Assembly (NCBI GenBank): GCA_001938485.1
Contig: MQRK01249762.1
Span: forward strand, 1-48,845
DNA: 48,845 nucleotides
Origin: Girardia tigrina
Lineage: Eukaryota
Reading direction: 5' to 3'
Shown: piece by piece, positions 1-13,308 of the stretch
How the letters are laid out: each line of letters begins with the position of its first letter
Position numbering within the stretch: position 1 is the first letter of the stretch
Position numbers and translations under genes: made by a program
Notes under the pieces: model-generated
Databases searched by the model: none
What the model was told of the DNA's origin: nothing
Seen by the model: the letters and a program-made list of their open reading frames with translations, nothing else

Positions 1-1
1 T

Positions 2-490
2 AACATAATAAATCCATTTTTCATCTCCAGTCACAATATTATGCAAAAACGACCATCTTCGTTGTCTTGTAAGCAATGAATTGAATATCAGTAATCGACT
101 TTCAATGTTGGCTTGATTAGATTCATGTGGTATCCATTTTCCTTCTTTTTGAATCACTTTCATAGCATGTAGACGTTTACTTATGGCTGCTTGAGTAACA
201 TTTAACTGTTTTGCAAGCTCTTTCTCTGTTTGAGTAGAATCTTCCTTCAGTAATGATTCTAAATCTTCATCTTCGAATCTTTTTGGTTCACCGGAACGCT
301 CTTTGTCACTTACGTCGAAATCTGCACTTTTGAAACGTTTATACCAGTTCTCGCAAGTCTGTTGAGTTGGTGCATGCTGACCATAAGTTTCTTCAAGAAG
401 CCGAAAACTGTCTGCAACTTTTTTCTGTTGATTAAAGCAAAACAGTAGTGCTTCCCGCAAATGCTGTTTTGTTGGTATGAAAGTTGTCAT
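2..490 (-). mobile_element. mariner transposase N-terminal half, Mos1/mauritiana-like; runs off the window start
   Basis: ATG at 490 opens a stop-free frame of about 163 codons: MTTFIPTKQHLREALLFCF..CENWYKRFKSADFDVSDKERSG..GKWIPHE..FLHNIVTGDEKWI. This covers both HTH motifs, a WVPHEL-like motif and the first catalytic D. Confidence 0.92.
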
Positions 491-780
491 GCTAAAACGT
501 GATTAAAAATATGTTTATGACGCATTTAAGGTCAATGACCTCCTTAATTTTAATGCCTCGATTTCAGCACTTTAAAAATCTGTATGTACGACTGTAAAAT
601 AATGCACAAATTACTGCACAATATTTAAAATTAGTTGTTTTCACCTCCGATCTACAAACCATCATATGTCCAGCAATACAACTCCCATTACCCAATTGTC
701 CATACTCCTGAATCTATTTAGAGACATGACGAGAAGTCTCTCCAATGTATGTGGCATTCTTCCAATTATATGAAAAATGA

Positions 781-960
781 TAAACCAAATTGGAACATAA
801 ACTCAAAGGAGTATGAGATTTATTACTGACATACTTTACATTTTGTAAGATTTACAAATGATTTTTAAATTCAAATGTTTTATTCTAAATCTTAAAAAAT
901 TCAAAGTTTGTTCAGCAATAAATCTCATACTCCTTAGAGTTTATGTTCCAATCTGATTTA
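781..960. repeat. 48-bp inverted repeat (781-828 / 913-960)
   Basis: taaaccaaattggaacataaactcaaaggagtatgagatttattactg versus the reverse complement of 913-960; about 44/48 identical, 84-bp spacer. Confidence 0.85.
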
Positions 961-1239
961 TGAATTTTAGTGTGATGGGTGTAATGCCATATGTACTATA
1001 CATGCATATTACGAATATACTCAAAAACTAATAAGAGAAACACCCATACATTTTTATATATTCCTAGGTACCTTACCATAAGTAATCTTATATTTCAGAA
1101 AAAAAAGTTTGCTACTCCTCCTATGACCAATATATTGTTTTCTATATTTGTTGGTTATTCTTAGATTTTTCTTGTGGTAATCTAATAATAATATAATTTC
1201 ATTGATAAAAGCTATACAACGTTTGTATTGAAATTTAAG

Positions 1240-1640
1240 ATGTCACATCAATTAATTGACCGGAATTCAAGCAAATTAGATTTCACATACTTTAAAGAAA
1301 ATACGTACATCAAAAACTGTCTAAAGTAGATTGAAGAAACGTCAAGCAAAAGTCAAAATATTACGTATAGAATTAAAAATCACAGAACATTGTTGAAGGC
1401 GAGAAATATTTCACATTTTCAAGTGATAATAAGCCTAGAAATATTGGAGTTTATATTTCCGACAAAGAAAGCACTTCACAACATACGAAATAGGAATTCA
1501 AAGAAAAATCCCACTTTAACTAATTATTGGTTTGGCTGTGTCTATCAATAATATTAAAAAAAAGAAACCGACTTTAGTACTGATAAAGACAATGAAATAA
1601 ATCTACTAAAATATTGAGATTTATTGAGAAATATTTAAAA
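1240..1640 (+). mobile_element. degraded DD37E (TRT/ITmD37E)-like transposase fragment
   Basis: Translates to GEKYFTFSSDNKPRNIGVYISDK..EFKEK..LLVWLCLS with stops, resembling DEKYF..GFY..KF..VLVW of DD37E transposases. Confidence 0.5.
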
Positions 1641-1699
1641 AATTACTAGTACATTTATATTAAAGCCTCCACCGACCGACAGATAACTGAGTATCGTAG

Positions 1700-2690
1700 A
1701 TATTACAGTACCAGCATTGGCCTACAAGGCAGTGAATCATAGAATCTGTATCGGGTAGAAACCATAAATAGACAATACAGATCCTACTGACTTTCTCGCA
1801 CGGCTTTAGATGTAAGAATGCGAGCTTTCAGTGCACGGGCACGCTTCGTTTTCTCAGTGAAAAAGGATCAGTCATGATCCATCGTACCGTGATTCTGTAG
1901 AGCTTTGGTTGTGTAAACACATTTCGCACAATTAGTAAAGGGACACTGAAATATCCCCACATCATTTGTATTACTAAACCGAAAGTCGAGAACCACCCTT
2001 TAAATCACTTCTGAGTCCGTTTCCGCGGTACCGTCGAAGGACACTGGCACATCATGCATCGCGATCATGTTCGAAAATTTTGTACATTCTTCTTGTACGT
2101 TATTTTGTGAAGCACTAGTACCAATGGTATTATCTCGAGTTAAGTCATCGATCAATAAATGCTGCTTTAACCATCCATAAGTCTTGTTTTATAGGTCTTG
2201 TGACAATTTTCCATGGGACATTTGCAAAGGTTTGTCATTATTCTGACGCTGCCACGTCGTGGCCGTATGCAAGTTTTTGATGTGTCTTTTTAGTTCCTTC
2301 TGTTTTGCAAAAGCATTGAAACAAGAAGGATGCGTGCATTACACTCTTTTGATACGCGACTGGAGCATTTTGGGTACTCTTTTCTTTGTTCAATCACTTA
2401 TGTCAGTTTTTCTGATACAGTTCCTTTGATCAGGGATTTTGAATTCCTCGTCAGTGTTGAGAATTCCTCCCTCATTCAAGCATTTCTGGTATTCGACCAG
2501 ATCCTCTTGGTCGCGAATCGCTGGTGATACGCTCTTTCATCAACAGCTGACTTTTCTATTTCCTGAGGCCATTTCATAGTTTAATGCTCTTTTTATCTCA
2601 CGTACACCTTTTCGTCTATTGTACTCAAAGAATATGCCCTTTCACCAGTACCACACGCGCCTCGGGCAAACCAATTGACATATCAAACCT
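1700..2690 (-). pseudogene. decayed twin-C2H2 zinc-finger ORF, copy A (probably TE-derived)
   Basis: CTHPSCFNAFAKQKELKRHIK and FQCPFTNCAKCVYTTKALQNHGTMDHD*SFFT, with stops and frameshifts; GC higher than flanks; homologous to 8720-9350. Confidence 0.65.
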
Positions 2691-3799
2691 ATATATTATT
2701 AATAATAAAACCTTGATCTAAAGACCTTCAAAAACCCAAAGTTACAAAAGAACAACTGTTTCTTATTCTTAACGTTTAAATATCCATAAAAAGTGTTATC
2801 TATTTTACCAATACAGAATTTCTCCATAATTTTCTAGAAAATTCTTATTTTTTTTATATTGAAGGCTCAAAAAATTTAAGTTTAAATATTTTTTAAATAA
2901 TTCAATATTAAATTAGTATTGATCGAAATTTTTGCAGTCCCTAATATTCACAATAAATAAAATTACTAACTAATTGGATCAAATTTATTGAGTCAAAAAA
3001 GATATAGAAAATATAAATAAGAATATTATCGAGAATCGACCGTGTTTGCTTAAGTAAAACACCTTTTAATCAAATTATATATCTATTATATGTTATCAGA
3101 GATTGTTGAAGGATTGAAAACTTAAAGTGATTGTTAAACTCTCAGGTAAATTGGTAGAGTTAATTCAACACTGATAAAAAATTTCTTTAGGACCATTTTT
3201 GAAAAATGCCAAAATTAAGGAGGTTCAAATAATTTTATATATTTATTTTAAATATATAAATTATTAAAAAAATTCACTATTTAAGAGAAAAAAGTAATAA
3301 TCCGAATGGATAATTAAGAACTAAATAACAGAAAAATGAATTAATGAATCACAAATCAAAATAGTATATGTTAAATAGTATATGTTTGAAGTAAATAAAA
3401 TTGTTTTTTTAAATTATTGCATTACACGTGCGCACAATAGGGATCAGGGGGAACATATGTGATGGGGGTTAGATAGATCTGTTGCTTTTATTTCTGTTGT
3501 TTTTGTTCAATTAGTAATAAACATTTGGTTTATACATGTCTTCAGAATAGAGTGCTTACTACAAATAAGGAGGCAAAATATTTTTTTATAAAAAAAGACT
3601 TTAAATATTTATAAATGTATATACAATTGGTAATTTTGTTGAAACATTTAATCCTAAATTGAAACATTAAAAAATTTATTAATAAACAAATTGTGATTAA
3701 ATTAATTTTGAAAACTTAATAATTATAATCAAATTCAGTTGAAAATAAAGTAATTTTTGAAAGTAGATTTAATAACTCATTTGAGTAAAGGAAAAATGA

Positions 3800-4110
3800 A
3801 ATAGTTCCCATCTGGTTATTGCTAGAAGTTATTCATCAATTATTCCATACCAGCCATCTCCCAAATTATTGTAATTTTCATTAACATCCTTCTTTTCTAC
3901 TTCAACTCTATGCCATGTTTCATAAATTGATGACCATCTCATATATAAAAGTGACACATTATTTCAAGATTCCTTGTCACAGATATTAACGACTTTAATA
4001 TTATGTGATTTTAGATTATCACCACTCATATTCTTTGTAAGTTTATTCATTCTAATGATTGAACTATATATATTAGATTTCAGTCAAAAAGTTGAAACAT
4101 TATTATCCAT
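3800..4110 (-). mobile_element. possible hAT transposase remnant
   Basis: MRWSSIYETWHRV resembles the hAT TRWxSxYxML motif; little other support. Confidence 0.3.
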
Positions 4111-4121
4111 CCATGCTCTTT

Positions 4122-4768
4122 TGTGAGGAATATTTTAAATTTAGTAATTTGAATTTTGTATGTTGAGTTTAGTATTTGGAAATTTGTTTCTCCGACCCAG
4201 ATGGATAATTGATATTTTGGATGTTCGCGTTGGAATAGTTATTCGAGCATAGTTTCCATTTTAAATTACAGCATAAGATATTTGAAAACTTTTAAAATAT
4301 TAAATTGTTTAAAATTTTATTATCAAAAATTTAAATAAAGTAAATAACTTTTAACTAATTTTTAAATTGATTAAATTAATGTTTTTTTCTTAAAATAAAA
4401 TCTTTTTTAAAATTAAATTAATATTTAGATAAAATTATTACCGAAATTATAAAATCAGAACTTTAAAAATAAAATCTTAAAATCATTTAAAATGAAAAAT
4501 TGTTCGAATAATTCTTTATTACAAAGACATTAACAAATTTTATCAATTTAACAAGATGTCAAATTATGAATGTTTTGCTGAGAACTGTTCAAAAGACAAT
4601 TCAAATTGTGATAAAAATAAAGTTGTGAAAACCCATATTGGTGTTCTTAATACTTTTGATTTACTAATATATTAAATTATATTGTTTTAAAAACAATTTA
4701 TCTTTATAGATTTAAGAACATGAAACTGTTTGTATTTTCAAATTTTTAAAACAGATAATTTCTTCACA
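4122..4768 (+). mobile_element. solo LTR, 647 bp, probably Ty3/Gypsy type (orientation arbitrary)
   Basis: Starts TGTGAGGAAT and ends ATTTCTTCACA (TG..CA, inverted termini); 4-bp direct repeat CTTT on both sides; several related copies in the window. Confidence 0.7.
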
Positions 4769-7700
4769 CTTTCATAACATTTTACATAAATTAGTTTTCT
4801 ATATATAAATGAATGTATGTTTGTCTTTTCACTATACGTTTAAGATGGTACGACTCAATGTAACTTTCATTCAATATGACTCAGCAACTCTATACAAATC
4901 TACTCCAGAAACTAGGGAAAGTATATGCCAACATTTTTCATACAAACAATCATACTTGTCTTTGATAGAAACTGTTCATAGGATTGCGGTATACCAAAAT
5001 TTCAAAGTTTGTCGGTAGCGAAGGCAACCGAAGGTCGTCCGAATTCTCTTATACTATCATTAACATGTCCGATGTACTTAAATCGTTCTACGTTGAGATT
5101 ATTATCTGTTACTTTTTTGAGATTGTTAAAATGCACGGCGGTACTCTCTGCTAGTTAATGAAAAAATAAACTTAAAGATTTCATATAACTGCGATTTTAG
5201 TCTCAATGACACCCCTTCCAATCAATTTATGAACCTTTTACTTTCATCGCATATTACATTGATGCGTCAGATTAACATCGCTATATGAAATAAAGCTTCG
5301 TATAACTTTAATTTTAATAATTCTTAAATCCAGAATTTTATTTTATAACATCCCAATTATATATCTATATATTACCCAAAGCTGTTTTATGTCTTCCGTT
5401 CTTTGATTTTCACGGTTCATTACTCTTTTCCTTATTTTTAAGCCACTTTGATCTACATGATTTCTGCTCTGTAAATGTTGCTTGGCTCTCTAAATATCGA
5501 CTTTAACCAATTATTTCAAGTTTCCTACTCCAACCTTTTTACATCAAATTTAGTTTTCTTATAAATTTATTTTAAGCTTACTTTTTAAAATGGTAACTCT
5601 TTCGTATTTCCAACCCCCCATGAAGAATTTTTTTTATGTAAAAGGTTTTTCAAAATAATTTTTCAAAAATTTTTTAGAAATATTTTTATATGGTATCTGT
5701 TTTGTCATTTCCATCTGAAAGTTGAATTCCGGTGTCACTTAGGGGAACATCAACAAACTACTGTGTAAAAATTATTTTCAAAAATATAAAAAAATAATAT
5801 ATTTTTTAAAAATTTTGTTTTTGATATTTCTTCAAACAAAAAATATAGAATTTTTTTTTAAAAATAATTCTAAAAATAAAAATTAATAATACAAAAAAGC
5901 GTTTTAATTGATCTATTTATCCGCTTGTCGTTACACGACTCTGGACTTTGAGTTTCGGATACAAATTACTCGACAGGTGCAACATGCATCTCCGATTGTA
6001 AGACCTTTATTTCAGAATAAAATATTTATAAACAATTTATAAAAAAAATGACCTCCTTTTCTCTAATAAAATAACAAATTAATTCCTTTATGTGGAAATA
6101 TTATTTATTTTTTTCAAAAATAAATTACAGGTGGTTAATATTCCTCGAGTCCCATAAAAGCATCCATTAATGAATTGAATGTACAATAATAAAATCACTA
6201 ATTTAATAAGCCTTATTCACTGTTTATGACGTATTTATTTGGTTCAATTATGTGTCTATCTGTTTTTAATTTTAATTAATCATGTCTAATAATTTACTAA
6301 ATGTACCTGGATGAAATAAAGAAAATGTTATGAAAAATTACCGGTTTCGTTCAGCGGGTTGTAAAAGATACATTGCTTCATTTACATGAAAATCATTCGT
6401 GTCTAAAAATATTTTACTTATACTTTTTGCATTTTGCTTCATGGGAGATTTAAAAATTTAATAATCCTTCAGTCCTAATTGTTGATAATTAATAATTTCA
6501 TTATTTTTTAATTACTATTTGTCTATTATAAAATATAAAAATAATTAAATAATTTATACGCAATCCAATTTTTAATTTAATTTGGGTTTATGCGGTTTTC
6601 TAAAAATAATTATTAATAATTTAATAAGTTTTTTAAAATATTATTATACAAAACGTTATTAAAAATGTAATGAAATGTAATAATCATTTTCTATTAACTT
6701 AACTATGTAATTATTTTGTGTTGAGCACAATTTATTTTTAATAATTAAATAATAAGATTTGACAAATAATATTTATTTTTTAATAGTGTTTCATGAAAAT
6801 ATAATTTTCAGCATGCAAAAATTGAAAAATTCATCTGATTATTCAAATATTTGCGATGGTTACGTAGTCGGTGATGTCATAGTGCTCCAATTAATATATT
6901 CTCAAATAGCTAGTCAAGACAGTCGTTTATGTATTGATCTTAAGATAACTGGCTCTTTTGAAATAACATCCTTTTAAATGTTTTAAATTACAGAGATATT
7001 CTAAAAATCAAATTATTTTTATTGAATATAAATAATAGTGTATGTAGTTTTTCATCTCTTTACCAAGAAAATGTTAACATCATATTTAAAAAAAGAAGTG
7101 AAATTATAACAAGAAGGTTACCAGACACTCATAAAAGATCTTTTATTGTAATATAGAGAATATTTACCTTCCAAGAAATTAGCAATAGAAACTCAGGAAC
7201 CTATAAAAAATTCTACTGTGAGGGGCTGTGTATTTTAAAAGTTAAAATAGCAGCTTCTTACAATTTTCACAACTGTTACAGTCTGGAACTAAAAAGACCT
7301 AAATTATAAAATTTCGAAATTACAAAATTAATTAATAAATTACCTAATTAATTTAAATCAATTTATTAAAATTTAATTATTACTTTAATAAATTGTTTTA
7401 ACAAAAATAAAAATATTTGTAATTTACTGAAATATTATTAAAAAATTTATCCTTTTTGTTTTTCAATTTTTTTGTAATTAACAATTAATCTAATTAATTG
7501 ACCAAATAAATATTAACATAAATTATTAATTAATAACTATTTTGATAAATTATTAACAATTTAGTTGATGAATTAAATTTTCTTTAATAATACAATAATT
7601 TTAATTATGAAAATATAATAATTTATACGTAAAAATAAATAAAAAATATTTTAAGATAATTGTAAATGTTAATATTAAATACCTTAAAAATTGAATAACT

Positions 7701-8719
7701 TTAAAATGCAATATTCATATAGTTAGTTTTTTAAAAATAATTTAAATCATAATTCATAATTATTTAATTAATTATTTAAATTAAATATTTGTTAAATTAA
7801 TAATTTCGGTGTTTCGGATATATTTTATTATTAAGACAGATATCTTGAAAATATTTACAATATTTTGCTTGAACATTTAATTATTTTTCACCACCATTTT
7901 TTAAAAACCCACTAAAATAATTTTTAGTAAGTATAAATATAAATACTTTAACAAGTAATAGTATAAAATTTTTTACATGTATCAGATTCGTCTTCAGAAC
8001 ACAATTTGGTGTACTTAGACAAAATCTCTTGAAAATTATAATTCCTAGATGGATATCCCCCGCGATTATAGAACAATTTTTACATGCTTTTTACTATAAT
8101 TTTTACTTTGATTTTTGCTTAAATTATCTTTATTTGACTTACTTAAATTAAAAATTAATATTTAATTTAACTTTAATACTTCAATCTCGAACAAATGATA
8201 TGAGAGGGTTGTTCAATTCTAGATACCTATGCAATAAAGACATTATCCTGATCCATGAAAAACTACGTGTCATTAAACAATTCTTAAAACACGGTTTAGG
8301 AACTCAGATTTTTATTTAAAAAATCAATTTTAATTGAATATATTGAATGTAACAGTGTTGCTGTTAGCATAGCCTTTATATTGTGTGGAATTCCACTGCC
8401 AAAGTCAGTCCTGATGTCTTTCATAATTATCCACTTTTGTTCCTCAATATTATATGTTTTGAATCAAACGGCTTGGCAATTGTTACTTCTGTGAAATAAA
8501 TTTTTATTATTCATTGACATAATTAATATTTATTTTTGTTTTCTTTTGTCGTATGCTCTTTATGTTTGAACGCTTCTCTAGAAGAAGAATATGACATCTG
8601 TTCGCTAAGAATATTAAATTTTTCAAAAATTTATATAATCCCAACGGTATGGTTCAATATATGGAAATTTTTTTAATTAGATAGAAAAATAGAAATAAAA
8701 TAATTAAATAAATAGTGGG

Positions 8720-9350
8720 CCTCCCATCTCTTTCAATGGTATTGAGCCGTATGTTCTTTAGAGGGTCCACCACAACTAAAAAGCACTAGCAGCCCCTCGA
8801 TAAGCCTCCTACGAGGTTGTCAGCTTTCTGCTTACGATGTCTCTTCGGACCCCCAGTAAAAAACGACCAACCATGTTCGGATGTTCCATGATTTAGCATT
8901 CCTTTGACGTTCCTGGGGACTTTGAACAGCCAGCGAAAGGACAGGTGAAATTTCCTTTTTTAGATAAAGCCGTTTCGTGATCCATTTTAATATGACTTTT
9001 GAGCTCCTTTTGTTCTGCAAAGGCCTTCATGCAAAGTTCGTAGTGACATAGGACCATTTTCATTCTCGGTTTGATCAGTTTCGGAAGATCTTCGGTCTTC
9101 GTCCCTACGATACTTCTGTTGGGGTTTAAATGATCGTGCCTGTCTCCCAATCGGAGTTGAGCGCCATCTGCTAACAGGCTGATAACAGAGTCAATAGAGG
9201 TGGTCTCTTCGAACAACCATTACGCATAGATCCGTAGGCATTCTTCGAGTTTCTGTTTGCTTCTCCCCGCAATCTTTCTATTGCATTTCATTGTGCTTTT
9301 CAGAATTCTTTGCACACATAGCTGACTTACTTCTGTTGCCAAGGGGACGT
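8720..9350 (-). pseudogene. decayed twin-C2H2 zinc-finger ORF, copy B
   Basis: ORF 8893-9216 gives CHYELCMKAFAEQKELKSHIKMDH..FTCPFAGCSK; after a frameshift it continues KGMLNHGTSEHGWSFFT. Confidence 0.7.
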
Positions 9351-9549
9351 GGAACAAAAATAAATAGTAATATTTTTGATACACGCTACAAGTCTTACAA
9401 ATTGTTCATTTATAAGAAACCTATCAAAAATTCTATTCTTTTATTTTATATAAAAATTAGAAACCTCTATGCATCGTTCCTGTCGCTTTACGTGATCATT
9501 AAATGTATTTATAAAGTAATTGCTGGAGTCAATATATGGAATAATTAAT

Positions 9550-9960
9550 TTTAATTCTTCCATGAAGGGATGTCATTGGCCCGGTAGATTTCCATGAAAT
9601 AACAGTCCAGATCAGGTTTTTTGGTGGGAGAAGCAGATTTGATGAAATGCATCTTTCAACTCCTTCCAAGCTTACACTTGACCGGAGGTTAGAAATAAGG
9701 TAAATTATGATTCATCTGAGCAAATCACAGTTTCTTCTATTCGAAGGACCGATTCTGGAGGTTTATACTCCACTCTTAACAGTTTGAAATATTTATCTTT
9801 GACAGCAGAGGTTTTCTAATTGCTGTCCTTCCATGGAATCCAGATTTTACTGAGAACGTTTTTCTTTCTCTTTGAAAAGATGTCATTACTTTTTAGACAT
9901 TTACTCTTAAAACAGCAATACTTTGGACAGCTTCTGATACATTAAAATCGGTACTTATAC
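9550..9960 (-). mobile_element. degraded Tc1-family transposase fragment
   Basis: GFHGRTAIRKPLLS..VICSDES*F..IWTVISWKSTGP..LHGRI; KPLL and SDESxF are Tc1 motifs; several stops. Confidence 0.8.
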
Positions 9961-10856
9961 AAACAAGTTGGCTGTAAGTTTTAGATGACTGTCATTTTTA
10001 AGGTTAAAACCTTAAAAATGTTATGTTAACATTAAAAAAAAATTTTATAAAAATTATTTTGAAGAAAAAGGATATCAAATTAGAAAAATAATAGATTTAA
10101 AAAAACATTAAAATATGTCAATTTTGGAATGTTTATTCCAGGTTTAAAGGTTATGAATTCGAAATGCTATGTGTTTCTATTAATTTGATCAACCCATGTA
10201 GATATTTGGATCAAAATAATCTGATACAGTTCTTGTATAGAAATGTTGTCTAAAGAAGTTTGAGGAAATCAAAGGTCTTAGGAGAGAAACAATTTTTAAA
10301 ACTTTGTATTATTTCTAGTTTTAAAAAGCTTTTTCAGAAATGAGAAATGATTAATACAATTAAAATTGCAAAATAAATAATACTCCCAGGGCAAATAAAC
10401 AGAATTAATTATGAATAAACCAAAATTTATTGATTCAAAAAGAAAAAAGATCATAAAAAAATATATTTTTAAAGTTTTTTATTATGATTTGAAAGTGATT
10501 ATTTAAAGAATATTGAAAGCATTATTTTTTTTCCAATTTTACTCTATCAATGATTCTTGAATGATTAAATAGTTATTGCAAAATTCTGTTTCAGGTAATT
10601 GGTACACCTAATTTGACTTTGACCAAACTATTTTCGGGGTCACATTTAAATTATAAATTAATTTGGTTTATAACTGTAAATATATTTTTTATTGGCATTA
10701 ACCTGTTGCTATTTAAATACGCCTGGACTGTCATTTATTTTAGATATTATTCCTATCTCTGACACTACAAATATTTTGTGTTGATCACGCTTTTAGTTCG
10801 CCTTAAAACATTAGTAATATAAAAGATACGTAATAATGGAAAATGGAATTGACACA

Positions 10857-10858
<2 letters not shown>

Positions 10859-10913
<55 letters not shown>

Positions 10914-10917
10914 TATA
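10859..10917. repeat. (TA)n microsatellite
   Basis: Directly visible; one TG interruption. Confidence 0.95.
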
Positions 10918-11270
10918 ACTTCTTAAAGAAATATAATTAAAAACTTTACTATTTTTATCAATAAGAAAATAATTTAAAAATTTTGCCAAAAAATAATTAT
11001 CGAATTTGTTATAGTAAAGAATTAAAACATAAAATAATAAAATTTATTAACCTTTCCCTTACCGTGCTAAAAATACGCGTACTAACGTACTGTGTGGTAT
11101 CTACACATTCGGAAACAAATAGTTTAAAATCGATATAAATAGAATTATTCATTGACATTGCTTATGGTATAAGTCAATATAAAATAATAGATTATTTTCG
11201 TAATTCAATGCGTAAATATGTAACGGAGGAATACCTAAGATCTCAAAATTCATTGTATTAATAGAGATAT

Positions 11271-11910
11271 TTAAGTTATTAGAAGCAATGTGTACACGTT
11301 ACACAGCATGGTACAGGAAGGGTTAATAAGACAGGTTGTGAGCAATTGTACGAAATATTCTAAAATGTCACCATTTATACTCCATCCCGATACAACACGA
11401 AATAATCTTACTGCACAATCACGATACATCTTATTTTTCGTTGGGAAGTTTTGACCACTTAAATACTGATCCATCTTTAATTCGTTACAACTTTGTCCTT
11501 GTTTAACAGCTTTAATAAATAACCAAAACCCTGGGAAAAACGAATTTAAAAATGATTGAAAATCGTTATGCCATTCTTCTATGCTTTTGTTCGTCTTAGG
11601 ACGATTTTGTAAAACCGAATTATTATTTGATTTATACAAAATAATTTTGTAATATTTTCAGTCTTGTGGAATTCGGTTATTTGACCGTATCCCGGAAAAG
11701 AGGTATTTATATTCCATAAAAAGTATAAATAGAAAGAAATCCCTAAGATCCCGGGATTGAAACCCATAAACACTAACCTTTTAAAAAATTAGGTTTATTT
11801 ATAAATTTATATACTAAGATGTTGTGCATTCATTAAGAAAGTGCATTCGAAAAATTGATCGTTCGAAGAAGTGATTTTTGAAGAACTTGTTGTCGAAGAA
11901 AGTATCGGAT
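11271..11910 (-). mobile_element. internally deleted Mutator-like (MULE) element
   Basis: RPKTNKSIEEWHNDF..PGFWLFIKAVKQGQ matches the MULE C-terminal PRTNNxxEGWH..PxIWxFI pattern; terminal region about 11840-11910 has short ttcttcga repeats. Confidence 0.75.
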
Positions 11911-12142
11911 ACCTATTTTATATATTACGAAATATGTATAACAAAATTAAATTTGAAAATCAAAATCTATCGAAAGTACAAATAAGTAGAAAAGTATATA
12001 TTAATTCCAATAAATTTCAATTCAAACCAAAAGCTTTTGTTTACCTAATTTGAAATAAAGTTAAATTTTGATAAGGCTTTTGAGAGAGATATCCGAAATC
12101 TACCTACACAGTAATAAATTATAAAAAAAGAAAAAAAGTGTA

Positions 12143-12538
12143 TATATAACCAAAGCTCAGAAAAGGGACCACAAGTAGGAAACTGAGTTAAGAGTGCCAC
12201 ATTGTAGTTCTCATAATAGTTAACAGCTGTGCAAAAAATTATGCTGATATTCCATCATTTGACTCTTCTACAGATGGTCATATTCGTAAAAACTCGTTTT
12301 TGAGAAAACGTGAATTGAAACATTATGTTTATTAAGTAGTTAGTTTATTAGGTAGTTAAGGCCTATAAATAGGTCAGAACAACAAATGATGCATTCTGTA
12401 CTCAGGGGCATGGGTTGACCTATTGAAATAGATAGAGAGTTACTTTTGCCCCATTTTTGACCAATCTACTATTACAGGCGATTACTGGGCTTTCTGTGCA
12501 GCACTTGTGGTCCCTTTTCTCAGCTGCGGTCACATATA
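12143..12538. mobile_element. MITE with terminal inverted repeats of about 35 bp
   Basis: Left end agctcagaaaagggaccacaagt, right end acttgtggtcccttttctcagct; TATA-rich flanks; no ORF. Confidence 0.75.
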
Positions 12539-13146
12539 ATTAGAATTACCTTCATAAATTTAGATAAACATATGAATAAAAGTAAATATATGACTTTTTT
12601 TATAAATAATTACACATAAGAAGTGAGCTTTTACACATATATCCAGTAACATTTGAAATAATGTTTGTACATACTTCAAACGTCGTTCTTTTGAAGCTAT
12701 CATTGAATTATTAACTTAAAGTATTTTTGCTGTTTTGCCATTTTTTTCTATGTTGATCCATATGATTATTATTTTAAAGTTTTTGGAGAGGATGAAAAGT
12801 ATCTCCAATTTATGTTAACATAAATTGGATCATATTTATTTAGACTTATCTTTCTATGTTATCTTGAAACATCTTTCAAACCTTATAGATTATCCTGATC
12901 AAATTTTATATTCCGGTTTTTGAGAGTCCTTAGTTCTCTAATTTGAAAATATTAATAAATTTTTAGCATTTTTATTATAAGCAGTTTTATATAATTTCTT
13001 AATGAAATGGTTTTCTTATTATGATTATAAATATTTTTGTTATTATTTTTATTATAATTGATAGAATTATTTTTAGTATTTTTATTATCTTTATTATTTT
13101 AATTTCAATCATTAGTAATTTTTAAAAATAAATTTTTTTCCTACAG

Positions 13147-13308
13147 GAATTCATTAAAAGGAGTTTCATATTTGATTCGTTTCAAATTTATTGAGCCATT
13201 ACCGAATGTGTTAGCAAAGTTTCTCATGACTCGTAAAGGGCTGAGTCGATTCAGCATCGGTGATTATCTCGGCCACACAAAAGAAGAACTGCCAATGCAA
13301 ACATTAAA
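13147..13308 (+). CDS. IQSEC: IQSEC/BRAG Arf-GEF exon, N-terminal part of Sec7
   Basis: tacag|..|gttcgt; NSLKGVSYLIRFKFIEPLPNVLAKFLMTRKGLSRFSIGDYLGHTKEELPMQTL matches IQSEC KGxxYLI..RKGLSRxxIGE/DxLG; phase 2/2. Confidence 0.9.

Noticed and set aside
4809-7000. Short ORFs (4809-5018, 6759-6977) as upstream IQSEC exons
   Set aside because: No IQ or Sec7 similarity and no convincing phase-compatible splice pair.
7980-8100. DGYPP string resembling the NGYP motif downstream of the Penelope RT
   Set aside because: A single short motif in broken frames; insufficient support.
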